From the IMG/VR virus record IMGVR_UViG_3300045988_129198: a stretch of DNA of 32,670 bases; one strand, given 5' to 3'. The stretch comes from a virus (taxonomy: Duplodnaviria > Heunggongvirae > Uroviricota > Caudoviricetes). A program made the translations under genes and the position numbers. Shown here one piece after another: positions 9,287 through 17,523 of this stretch (the first letter of the stretch is position 1; each line of letters opens with the position of its first letter). The notes under the pieces are model-generated. The model saw only the letters and a list, made by a program, of their open reading frames with translations, did not search any database and was not told the DNA's origin.

Positions 9287-9308
9287 CACAGAGCAGACTG
9301 TCAGATTA
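9287..9308 (-). repeat. Repeat site R (inverted copy of L/M), lying in the loop and 5' arm of a 10-bp-stem hairpin
   Basis: Reverse complement AATCTGACAGTCTGCTCTGTGC; 16 nt identical to L; flanked by stem 9284-9293 / 9316-9325 (TAGCACAGAG/CTCTGTGCTA). Confidence 0.7.
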
Positions 9309-9359
9309 GGCTTTACTCTGTGCTATAGATACGTTAGCTCACTCCAGAGATCATACAAC

Positions 9360-9887
9360 TTATTGCGGCATTTCCGGCCATTCAGGATTTGCAGGATCCA
9401 CACGGCTGACCAGAACACTGTAGCGTTCCCATGCTTCCAGTCGGCTACGCTCCTCATCTGTTGCCATATTCAGTCTGACAGAGCGTTCCAGTGGCTGAAT
9501 GATAGTTTCAGCTTCGGAAAGCAAAGCTGACTTCTGTAATTCCGCCAGTTGCAGCTGTTCGTCTGCCGTATAAATCCGCTTAATCACGGCACCATCCTTA
9601 AACATCCATTTACCTGAGTCATCAGCACGTCGGTTGGCGGTAATATCAGGAACCTCGACAACGCTAAAACCTTCAGGGTTGAGCGTTGAAGCATCTCTGG
9701 TGATGCCGACAATTATATTATTCTCATCGTAAACAATCTTTATCGTGTCTTCCTGAAAATTACTTACTTCCTCATACCAGTTTTTTCCCTCTTCGGACCA
9801 TAACCAGATAACATCAAAATTTTTTGTCAGTTGATATTGGGCAACAGTTTTTGGATTACCCGCAGTAATATTTTTTAAATGCTGCAT
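9360..9887 (-). CDS. G: Tail fiber assembly chaperone gpG
   Basis: 175 aa; P2 gpG size; immediately downstream of H. Confidence 0.85.
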   Translation of the reverse strand: MQHLKNITAGNPKTVAQYQLTKNFDVIWLWSEEGKNWYEEVSNFQEDTIKIVYDENNIIVGITRDASTLNPEGFSVVEVPDITANRRADDSGKWMFKDGAVIKRIYTADEQLQLAELQKSALLSEAETIIQPLERSVRLNMATDEERSRLEAWERYSVLVSRVDPANPEWPEMPQ

Positions 9888-9890
9888 AAA

Positions 9891-12626
9891 TTACACCTGT
9901 GCGACGTTATACCATGTGCCATTGATGTATTTTTGTATTGGTCTGAATACTGCGGGGTCATCACCATCGACTTCACCGACAATACCAAGCCCGGTAATTA
10001 CGTGCCCTGCTTTCTCATACATCACCCCTTTCTGCATGGTCTGGACAACACGTGTGCCAAGTCTGACATCTCTCACATAGCGGGAATCAAAGTTACCGTA
10101 ATCCGAGGGATTAACACGCCCCGTAATATTTATGGTTTTATTACTTTGAACGCTTCCGGAGACAAAGCGCATAACATGGACGCTATTAGCATAAACATCC
10201 AGATTACCATCACCATTTTGTTTAAAGCCCGTGTCATTATCACCCAAAACAATCGAATTACCGCCAAGAGCACTGGATGTTCCTATACCCAGAGCACCAT
10301 TCAATTGACCACCAGATAACGGCAGTGCACCGACATCTCCCGCTGTAGGTTTTCGCGTTGTGGTATAAAACTCAGACCAGTCAGCCTCGAATCCGTAACC
10401 GTCACGAGCAGAACGATAAAAAATACCACCGTTCTTATAATTAACGCGAAACTGGGCGGCGGGACAACTTCCTTCCCCGATATTAAAATGAAGAATTAAC
10501 GTTGATGCCCCACCAATAGTTGCGTTATAGGCTCCGCTACTCCAGTTCCATCCAACGGCTTTATCATTCGCAACGGTGTCTCCTGTTTTTCCTGAAGCAA
10601 ATGCACCAATACTTTTCGGCGTCAGGTTAATATCTGATGTTCCATCAAACGAAACGTTATTAATTTTACGGGCTGTTTTCAGCTTTGTTGCTGTCGCCGC
10701 ATTGCCGGACAGTTCACCAGAAAGGCCAGCACTGAATGTCTGTTTCGCGCCCCATGTCTGGGCTTCGTCAATGATTGGTACTCGTCTTGTTGTGATCGTG
10801 CGGCCTCCCGGATTTCCTGAAATGCGCACCATAAAAAAGCGGTAGTTGGCTTTACTTACAGTGCTGCGCCATACATGCATTGAGCGCCCCGAACCAGAAT
10901 CATCACTCGGACCGACTGAGATGTTTATCAGGTTGCCATCAATGACGCCCCAGTCCATACCGTCGGGAATGTTGGTCATATTATCAAGCCGAACGGTTAT
11001 CAGACTGCCCGGCACAAAATCGTAGGTCTGCCAGTCCAGACTGGATAGTTTTGCCACTGCGCCACCGATGCCCAGATTCAGAGGCAACGAAAAGGAGTTA
11101 TATACTTCTCGCCATTCGGTCCATTTGCTCCCGGCATAGACGCGCTCAAAAGTGCGCCCCTGTGTGGTTTCTGATTTCCCTGTGGTTGTGTAACGCTGCC
11201 AGACAGATACACCATCAAAACGCCTGATTACTTCCAGTATTCCAAGCAGTGTCGCTCCAGCGGTATCCTGCATTGGACCGTTTGACGCCTTCCCTGTAAC
11301 GCTGTAAATGCCTGGCGAAGTCAGATCATTCAAATCACCTTCGTAATAACGACATTCTGACTGATGGCCTACTCTTGACCACGGCTCCCACTGTGGGTTC
11401 TGTGCATTCCATATAGCAGAAAGGCAGCGAACATATACGTTCCCACGGCGGGTCGTATAGCGTTGCGTGCGTGAGTACCCACCACCCTCAAGAACTTCAA
11501 GGAATCCCTGACCATAACTTCCTTCTTCCGGATAGTTGCGGTCAAATGAAGCGATAGTGCCACTACTGTTTCGCCATAAACCAAGATGCTCTGCGCCTCC
11601 TAGCGTGTTCAGGTCAATAGTTGTGCTCAGGGGGCGTGTTGCAGACTGAATCTGACGCCAGTAGATCCACGGACCGTCTGAGCCATTCCAGGTGCCAGAA
11701 AGATTACGCATATAAACATTGCCAGTTCTGGTGGTATAACGCTGCATTCCGGAAAAATTACCGCCATTGAATACCTCAAGAACACCGACTGCACCGTCTT
11801 CAGGGAAATTTTTCTCCAGTGTTGCGTTGGAGGATGTGGATTTATACCAGACACCCACATAAGCCTTAACTGGACCAAATGTATTGAGATCAGCATCAAC
11901 CGGCATTTCGCCGTTGTTTTTCATAAACGTCAGGCTGGTAACACCAATATTGTCCAGAAAAGCTGATTTATCCTGGATATCTGCACCGTTCTGATTTTTC
12001 GCCAGACGTGAATTTGCGTTGTCATTTGCTGCCTTGACCGCTTTTGGCGTTGCCGCCAGCTCTTCACTGGTGCTGTTTGTTGCACTGCTTAACTGAGTAA
12101 AACCTTTTTCTGTCAGCGTGGCGTCAGGATGGCGGCGGGACTGCTCATGCTCTGCGATTTTGTCATCGACGTAATCCTGCGTCGCCATCACTGTGCTGGC
12201 ATCAATACTCAGCTCAACGGACGCCACGTTGCTGAGAATAATAACCATGCGGCAGGTCTGCGCACGTCCGGAGCCTTCAGCCAGTTCTGGCTTATAGCTT
12301 TCAGCCATGTTGGATACCGCAATCAGTGTTCCGGCATCGTCATACAGACCAAGCTCACGCATCCAGAAGCCGCCCACTTCGGGCGGTACAACCAGTTCAG
12401 CCACAATATAGTTTTTATTCTTATTATCCACACTGACTTTATTCAGAGCGTGACGCCAGACCTCATGCACCAGTTTCGTCTGACCGGCATCCGGCACCGG
12501 TAATTTGCCATTACCGTCACCCACGGCCATTGCAGACAGGTTTACTTTTTTCCCGCCGGGGACAGTGGCGGCTGCCAGCTTTGCGGCTCCGGCAGTAGTG
12601 ATAACGGTTTTAAATTTCGTGCTCAT
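9891..12626 (-). CDS. H: Tail fiber protein gpH (911 aa, three internal tandem repeats, extended C-terminal region)
   Basis: N-terminus MSTKFKTVITTAGAAKLAAA is the conserved P2 H baseplate-attachment region; three repeats of about 90 aa each contain QRYTT(R/T)xGNVY. Confidence 0.9.
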   Translation of the reverse strand: MSTKFKTVITTAGAAKLAAATVPGGKKVNLSAMAVGDGNGKLPVPDAGQTKLVHEVWRHALNKVSVDNKNKNYIVAELVVPPEVGGFWMRELGLYDDAGTLIAVSNMAESYKPELAEGSGRAQTCRMVIILSNVASVELSIDASTVMATQDYVDDKIAEHEQSRRHPDATLTEKGFTQLSSATNSTSEELAATPKAVKAANDNANSRLAKNQNGADIQDKSAFLDNIGVTSLTFMKNNGEMPVDADLNTFGPVKAYVGVWYKSTSSNATLEKNFPEDGAVGVLEVFNGGNFSGMQRYTTRTGNVYMRNLSGTWNGSDGPWIYWRQIQSATRPLSTTIDLNTLGGAEHLGLWRNSSGTIASFDRNYPEEGSYGQGFLEVLEGGGYSRTQRYTTRRGNVYVRCLSAIWNAQNPQWEPWSRVGHQSECRYYEGDLNDLTSPGIYSVTGKASNGPMQDTAGATLLGILEVIRRFDGVSVWQRYTTTGKSETTQGRTFERVYAGSKWTEWREVYNSFSLPLNLGIGGAVAKLSSLDWQTYDFVPGSLITVRLDNMTNIPDGMDWGVIDGNLINISVGPSDDSGSGRSMHVWRSTVSKANYRFFMVRISGNPGGRTITTRRVPIIDEAQTWGAKQTFSAGLSGELSGNAATATKLKTARKINNVSFDGTSDINLTPKSIGAFASGKTGDTVANDKAVGWNWSSGAYNATIGGASTLILHFNIGEGSCPAAQFRVNYKNGGIFYRSARDGYGFEADWSEFYTTTRKPTAGDVGALPLSGGQLNGALGIGTSSALGGNSIVLGDNDTGFKQNGDGNLDVYANSVHVMRFVSGSVQSNKTINITGRVNPSDYGNFDSRYVRDVRLGTRVVQTMQKGVMYEKAGHVITGLGIVGEVDGDDPAVFRPIQKYINGTWYNVAQV

Positions 12627-12636
12627 TGTTTCTCAC

Positions 12637-13167
12637 TTATCCGGGATAAACAGTAATAACATCACCATCACAGACCACACCGCCTGTATACAGGTAGCCG
12701 GGAATGTCCTGGGTAATGTTCAGACCAATAAGGTGACGGCTTGCGGGTTTGGCATCAGCAATCAGTCGCTCCATTTCCAGATACATTTCCTCTGTGATGC
12801 CGCTTTCCAGTACACCAATATCGAGCCGGAAGGTGCCGGGCGGGTCATTGTTTTCCCACCACTCCGTCACATTGATGAGATAGCCGAGCGGCTCCACCAC
12901 ACGCCGGATTGCGCCGACAGTGCCTTTATGACAGTGGATGAAATAGGCATCGCGGATAACGGCGCGTTTTGTCGCTTCCGGCCACTTTTCATCCCACCTG
13001 TCGACCGAAAACGCCCACGCCAGCCACGGCAGCAGATTTGCCGGACAGGTGTCCGGGTTCCACAGCTCACGAATACTGACCGGCGTTTTTTCAATTTCCG
13101 CACAGGCTTTTGCAGCGGCGACTTCAAGCGGTGATGAGCCGGTCGGCAGCAGTCGCGAATCACTCAT
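12637..13167 (-). CDS. I: Baseplate protein gpI
   Basis: 176 aa; P2 gpI size and position. Confidence 0.9.
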   Translation of the reverse strand: MSDSRLLPTGSSPLEVAAAKACAEIEKTPVSIRELWNPDTCPANLLPWLAWAFSVDRWDEKWPEATKRAVIRDAYFIHCHKGTVGAIRRVVEPLGYLINVTEWWENNDPPGTFRLDIGVLESGITEEMYLEMERLIADAKPASRHLIGLNITQDIPGYLYTGGVVCDGDVITVYPG

Positions 13168-14068
13168 CCGAGCCTCCGGTCACGACGCGGTATTCGGTAC
13201 AGAAAGACGCCTGCGTGCTGTTAAGCACGATATCGGCCAGCGGTGCAGCCAGTTCGACACGCTGCACGCCTTCCACATGCAAAGCGGCATAAATGGCAGA
13301 CAGACGGATGTCGCGCCCCAGCCGGTGCTGTGCCGTGATGTACGCTTCCAGTTTTTTCACTGCAGCAGCGCGAATTGGTTCGCTTTCGGGACCAGGGTAA
13401 AGGTAAAGCGTGGCGTTTATCTGGTATTCAACGATGGCGGCAGACTGCACGGTCACGCGGTCGGCCACCGGTCTGACGTCCTCGCCATTAAGGGCGTTAC
13501 GCACCACCGCCAGCAGGTCTTCGGAAGCGACACCGTTATTTTCACGTGACAGCACAGAGATGGTGACACAGGCCGGAGACGGACTGGTGACAGAGATATC
13601 CGCGACACGCCCGTCGGCACTGCGGCCATGATACTGATAGGCACCCACCGACCCGGCGACGCTTAAACCTTCAAACGCCTGCTGAATACGCAGACGATAA
13701 TCAGTGTCAGATTCCATTACTGCCGGTGTCGGCGGGATGGTCGAATCATCTGCTGGGGTGATAATCAGGCGCGTGGTATTGTAATTGGCACCAATCACAT
13801 CAAGGTCATTACCGGCGGCACTGGCCAGCATCACCGCCCGTGCGGCCTCATTCACACGCTGACGCCAGATAAGCTCACGATAAGCATTTTCCTCCAGCAG
13901 TTTGACGAGAGGTTCGGATTCCAGCGTCAGGGTATGGGCGACCGCCTCCTGCTGGTCTTCCGGGTAAAGGGAAATCAGTGTCGCCTTGCGTTCGGCAAGA
14001 ATGGTTTCAAAGTCCAGCTCCTCGACCACATCCGGTGCGGGTAGCTGGTTCAGGTCGATAATCGGCAT
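13160..14068 (-). CDS. J: Baseplate protein gpJ
   Basis: 302 aa; P2 gpJ size and position. Confidence 0.9.
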   Translation of the reverse strand: MPIIDLNQLPAPDVVEELDFETILAERKATLISLYPEDQQEAVAHTLTLESEPLVKLLEENAYRELIWRQRVNEAARAVMLASAAGNDLDVIGANYNTTRLIITPADDSTIPPTPAVMESDTDYRLRIQQAFEGLSVAGSVGAYQYHGRSADGRVADISVTSPSPACVTISVLSRENNGVASEDLLAVVRNALNGEDVRPVADRVTVQSAAIVEYQINATLYLYPGPESEPIRAAAVKKLEAYITAQHRLGRDIRLSAIYAALHVEGVQRVELAAPLADIVLNSTQASFCTEYRVVTGGSDE

Positions 14069-14072
14069 GGTT

Positions 14073-14420
14073 TCAACTCACAGGGATGGTTAACGAAAGT
14101 GGCTGGCCGGTGTCGTTGTGCTGACCGGTTAACGTGACCGTCATTCGCCCGTCAAAACTGCGCTCAGTGGTGACGGATGACAGGGTGACGCGGGGTTCCC
14201 ATTTCAGCACCGCCATGTAACAGGCGACCTTAATCTGCAACTCAAGCGCCGGAGTCTGCGGCTGGTCAATCATTGACGCCAGCAACGAGCCGTAATCACG
14301 ACGCATCACCCGCGAGCCGACCGGTGTGCGCAGGATATCGCCGATACTCTGGCTGATATGCTCAAGGTCAGTGACAGTCAGGCCATCACTGCGATTCATT
14401 CCGAGATAACGCGCAGTCAT
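14073..14420 (-). CDS. W: Baseplate wedge protein gpW
   Basis: 115 aa; P2 gpW size and position. Confidence 0.9.
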   Translation of the reverse strand: MTARYLGMNRSDGLTVTDLEHISQSIGDILRTPVGSRVMRRDYGSLLASMIDQPQTPALELQIKVACYMAVLKWEPRVTLSSVTTERSFDGRMTVTLTGQHNDTGQPLSLTIPVS

Positions 14421-15052
14421 AGAGGTCCCCCGGTTGTGCCGCCGCTGTCGCCGGGGTGTTTATGGGTATGCAGTACCTTACCGTTTGATGAGAGTTCACC
14501 GCCGGTGTGTTCAATGTTGCCGCGCATCGTCCCGCCCTTCTGTACTTCCAGCGTGCCGGTAATCAGTCTGTTGGTGCAGACCACCTCCGGGGTGTCCAGG
14601 GTGATGCGGGTTGACGCTTTCACCATGACTACCGGCACCGTGGCGGTAACAGAATCAGAAGCCGTCACGCTGGCCGTTTTAATTCCGCTTACCATCAGTG
14701 CACTGGTTTCAGGTTCATACTCAATCACCGCCCCGTCAGGGAAACGTATGTGCAGGGCATCCGCCGACGCAGACGGCGGAGGGTTATCGCCGGAATAAAT
14801 CCCCGGCAGAACGAACGCCGTGTCGAGTTCACCGCCCACGGCCAGAATCAGCACCTGTTCCCCCACGGAAGGTGCCCACCATGTGCGTGAACGTCCGGCA
14901 CGATGGGTCAGCCACTGAAGCCAGTCGGTGCACATGCCGCCGGTCTGCACACGGCAGCGACCGGCGTTAAGGTCGGTTTCGACGATAATGCCGGGGCGTA
15001 TCATGTTGCGCAGTGCGCGCGCGAGTTCCTGGATATTTGCGAGTGTTTTCAT
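14417..15052 (-). CDS. V: Baseplate spike protein gpV
   Basis: 211 aa from the ATG at 15050-15052 (MKTLANIQELARALRNMI...), the P2 gpV length; the track ORF extends upstream to a TTG. Confidence 0.9.
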   Translation of the reverse strand: MKTLANIQELARALRNMIRPGIIVETDLNAGRCRVQTGGMCTDWLQWLTHRAGRSRTWWAPSVGEQVLILAVGGELDTAFVLPGIYSGDNPPPSASADALHIRFPDGAVIEYEPETSALMVSGIKTASVTASDSVTATVPVVMVKASTRITLDTPEVVCTNRLITGTLEVQKGGTMRGNIEHTGGELSSNGKVLHTHKHPGDSGGTTGGPL

Positions 15053-15109
15053 AAGATCTAGCATGCTGCTGAGAACTGATGAGAACAATAAAAGAGTGTT
15101 TTTCTAAGG

Positions 15110-15142
15110 TTGACACAACACTCCATTTGAAGTGAATATAAT
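15110..15142 (+). promoter_or_regulatory. Putative sigma70-type promoter for the RelA/SpoT-like gene
   Basis: TTGACA at 15110-15115 and TATAAT at 15137-15142; the 21-nt spacing is non-optimal, so the call is tentative. Confidence 0.3.
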
Positions 15143-15185
15143 GATTACTTAACTGGCAAAAAAACATCCTCACTAATTGGAGCCA

Positions 15186-16277
15186 ATGGATACACGCATG
15201 TCAGACATTCTAATTACTTATGATGAACGGAAAGATAAATTTGAGTCCTATGCCCTTACTCTTAAATCGTTATTAACCACGTTAATTCGCAATGAAAAAA
15301 TTTCAATTCACTCACTTGAATCAAGAGTTAAAACAAAAAAAAGCCTTGAAGGTAAGATTAATAAAAAGGGAAAATACAAGTCTATAGATGATATTACTGA
15401 TATCGTTGGTATCAGGATCATCACACATTATGCTGATGATGTTGATAAGATAGCTGCTATAGTTGAAAAGGAGTTCACCATTGACCAAGAGAACTCTATT
15501 GATAAAAGAACCTCAATTGCGCCTGATAAATTTGGTTACCTATCACTTCATTATATAGTAACTTTAAACTCAACCAGAACAAACTTAAAAGAATATGAAG
15601 TATATAAAAACATCAAAGCCGAATTACAAATACGATCAATCCTTCAGCATGCCTGGGCGGAGATTGAACACGACATTGGTTATAAGTCGGCCACAGGACT
15701 GCCTAATGAAATAAGAAGATACTTTTCACGCTTAGCTGGTCTTTTAGAAATGGCCGATGATGAATTTATTAAAATCAGAAAAAAGATTTCTGAACGGCAG
15801 AAAGAGGTTGCAAAAGAACTAGAGCAAGGAACTAGTGATTCAGTTTTAGATATTTTCACTTTGGATGAGTTCTTAAACACAAGTCGAATTATGAGTGAAC
15901 TTTCAGAAGAGATAAAAGAAAAAACAGGAATCACAGTACATGGCCGATACAAGGATAAAGATTTGGGATACCTACTAAATGGTTTAAACCTAGCCAACAT
16001 AACTACAATAGAACAACTCAATCAAAAACTCTCACAAATGAAAAAGCAGATCGTAGATAGAATATTCTGCTTCGGAGAACCATTTATTAATTATTGCAGA
16101 GAAACCCCCATGCCAAAAGAAGCTCTTTTGAGTTATTTATGTCAAATTATCGTTGCGTTTCAAAACTCACCTTCGTTAGAATCTGAATTTAATAACAAAG
16201 CAGGTTTAAATCTGAAAAACAGCAATATCTCCGATTTTTTCTCGAATATAAGAGAAAACATAAGCACACAACCTTAG
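15186..16277 (+). CDS. RelA/SpoT-domain nucleotidyltransferase (toxSAS), candidate fused toxin-antitoxin of CapRel type
   Basis: Synthetase-domain signatures SRVKTKKSLEGKI...DIVGIRIITHYADD and ELQIRSILQHAWAEIEHDIGYK. About 363 aa with a C-terminal domain of about 150 aa with no recognisable motif. Start is ambiguous (TTG 15177, ATG 15186 or ATG 15198). AT-rich, on the opposite strand to the flanking late genes, at the P2 orf30 position. Confidence 0.8.
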   Translation: MDTRMSDILITYDERKDKFESYALTLKSLLTTLIRNEKISIHSLESRVKTKKSLEGKINKKGKYKSIDDITDIVGIRIITHYADDVDKIAAIVEKEFTIDQENSIDKRTSIAPDKFGYLSLHYIVTLNSTRTNLKEYEVYKNIKAELQIRSILQHAWAEIEHDIGYKSATGLPNEIRRYFSRLAGLLEMADDEFIKIRKKISERQKEVAKELEQGTSDSVLDIFTLDEFLNTSRIMSELSEEIKEKTGITVHGRYKDKDLGYLLNGLNLANITTIEQLNQKLSQMKKQIVDRIFCFGEPFINYCRETPMPKEALLSYLCQIIVAFQNSPSLESEFNNKAGLNLKNSNISDFFSNIRENISTQP

Positions 16278-16307
16278 CTTTAGTTTTAACGTATTCTAAC
16301 AGAAGAC

Positions 16308-16333
16308 TGCTGCCGGTAAGCACCGGCAGCAGC
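16308..16333. terminator. Hairpin between the convergent RelA/SpoT-like gene and S
   Basis: Stem CTGCTGCCGGT / ACCGGCAGCAG with 4-nt loop; only a modest U-tract on either strand. Confidence 0.45.
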
Positions 16334-16357
16334 GATGAGGTGTCGGGAATGGCACAA

Positions 16358-16810
16358 CTAACGCTCAAGGTGAGCCAGGATAATCTCTTCAATCATCTGC
16401 ACATCCTCACCGGTAAAGCCGAGCAGAGGACGCGCCGGATAATCAATTTTCTTACCGTCTTTCCGGGTTTCTTCCGACAGACCGAACTGATGCACACTGG
16501 CGATTTTCGGTGACTTTCCGCCGTAAAACTCCATTGATGCCTGTTCTGGGCTGGCGCGGATATGCAAAAAACGACTGGTGATAAGTTTCGCAAACATTTT
16601 TCGCTTAACACGACCGGTCTTTTTTCTGGCGCTCTGCTGCTGGCGTGGTGCGTAGGGTGTGCCGTCCGGGGCTTTCTGTGCCATCACCCGGCACTGCTGA
16701 CTCTGCCGCAGATGTTTCGCCAGTTCGGTGCTCAGTCGCCGACGCCCTGATGGTGACAGTGATTCAATCAGCCCGGTCAGCCGGTCTTCAAAACGCTTAA
16801 ACTCATTCAT
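16358..16810 (-). CDS. S: Tail completion protein gpS
   Basis: 150 aa; P2 gpS size and position. Confidence 0.9.
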   Translation of the reverse strand: MNEFKRFEDRLTGLIESLSPSGRRRLSTELAKHLRQSQQCRVMAQKAPDGTPYAPRQQQSARKKTGRVKRKMFAKLITSRFLHIRASPEQASMEFYGGKSPKIASVHQFGLSEETRKDGKKIDYPARPLLGFTGEDVQMIEEIILAHLER

Positions 16811-17270
16811 CCCACTTGCTCACCAGTTCGCCATTGATATAAAGCTCCATCGGGCGGGTGACCGGCTCCGGCGGCGGAGGTTCCGGGATATTCTTCACAT
16901 GCAGTGCGCCGTCCACCTCACTGACCAGCGTGCGCTCGGTCAGCATCAGGCTGATGCTGATATCAAAGCTGCTGTCATTGTTGATGTCCGCATAAAACGT
17001 GAAGCCCTTTTTCTGGCCTTCGTCGGTGGTCATGATGTCGGGCTGATTTTCCCGCAGCCACGCCAGCACCGGCACGATGAGCAGGTCAAAATCACCGGTA
17101 AAGTCGGTCACAATGACATTGAGCGTGTAACGCTTTTCGAATGACAGCGACGTCGCCAGCGTGGAGGCAATACTCCCGTTATCCACGAATATCCGCAGCA
17201 TCTCGGGACTGGTTTTCAGCACCGTGACGGCATCAGTCAGCGCCCTGCGCAGGCTGTCGGGTTTGAGCAT
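16803..17270 (-). CDS. R: Tail completion protein gpR
   Basis: 155 aa; P2 gpR size and position. Confidence 0.9.
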   Translation of the reverse strand: MLKPDSLRRALTDAVTVLKTSPEMLRIFVDNGSIASTLATSLSFEKRYTLNVIVTDFTGDFDLLIVPVLAWLRENQPDIMTTDEGQKKGFTFYADINNDSSFDISISLMLTERTLVSEVDGALHVKNIPEPPPPEPVTRPMELYINGELVSKWDE

Positions 17271-17523
17271 CGTTTTCGTCCTGACAGTGTTTAATCATTT
17301 TTACCTGGCTGGCACAGCGTGCCAGCGCGTTCTCAAGCAGCCGGATATCGGCACTTAAATCGCCGTTCTTCTGCGGGTCACTGCCCGGCATCGGGCAAAG
17401 ACTCACTTTCGGGCAGGCGTTGTGGACAATCACTGGCGTCTGCGCAGGCCGGGCGCTGGTGCAACCGGCGCACAGCATCAGGCAGGTCAGCACCGTACCA
17501 GCGGCGAAAATCTTCGTTTTCAT
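17233..17523 (-). CDS. lysC: Outer-membrane spanin lipoprotein LysC (Rz1-like), nested out of frame in lysB
   Basis: 96 aa from the ATG at 17521-17523 (MKTKIFAAGTVLTCLMLCAGC...), with lipobox LCAGC; embedded arrangement as in P2. Confidence 0.75.
   Translation of the reverse strand: MKTKIFAAGTVLTCLMLCAGCTSARPAQTPVIVHNACPKVSLCPMPGSDPQKNGDLSADIRLLENALARCASQVKMIKHCQDENDAQTRQPAQGAD

Noticed and set aside
8939-9360. Possible retron ncRNA (msr/msd) in the structured 420-bp ORF-free region
   Set aside because: No reverse transcriptase ORF anywhere in the island; the repeats are better explained as recombinase sites.
9360-12626. Gin/Cin-type invertible tail-fiber segment (host-range switch) driven by the nearby recombinase
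   Set aside because: The inverted-repeat sites lie outside H and G and flank the cargo cassette; the recombinase is tyrosine-type rather than a serine invertase; H and G are intact single ORFs.
12129-13549. Plus-strand ORFs (12129..12503, 12505..13134, 13049..13549) antisense to H, I and J
   Set aside because: Shadow ORFs inside conserved baseplate and fiber genes; no independent support.
14417-15088. Longer track ORFs with N-terminal extensions for V, L, O, P, A, ogr, C and the recombinase
   Set aside because: The track start codons are non-ATG or lie upstream of the conserved P2 N-termini; internal ATGs with RBS reproduce the P2 protein lengths, so the features use trimmed coordinates.
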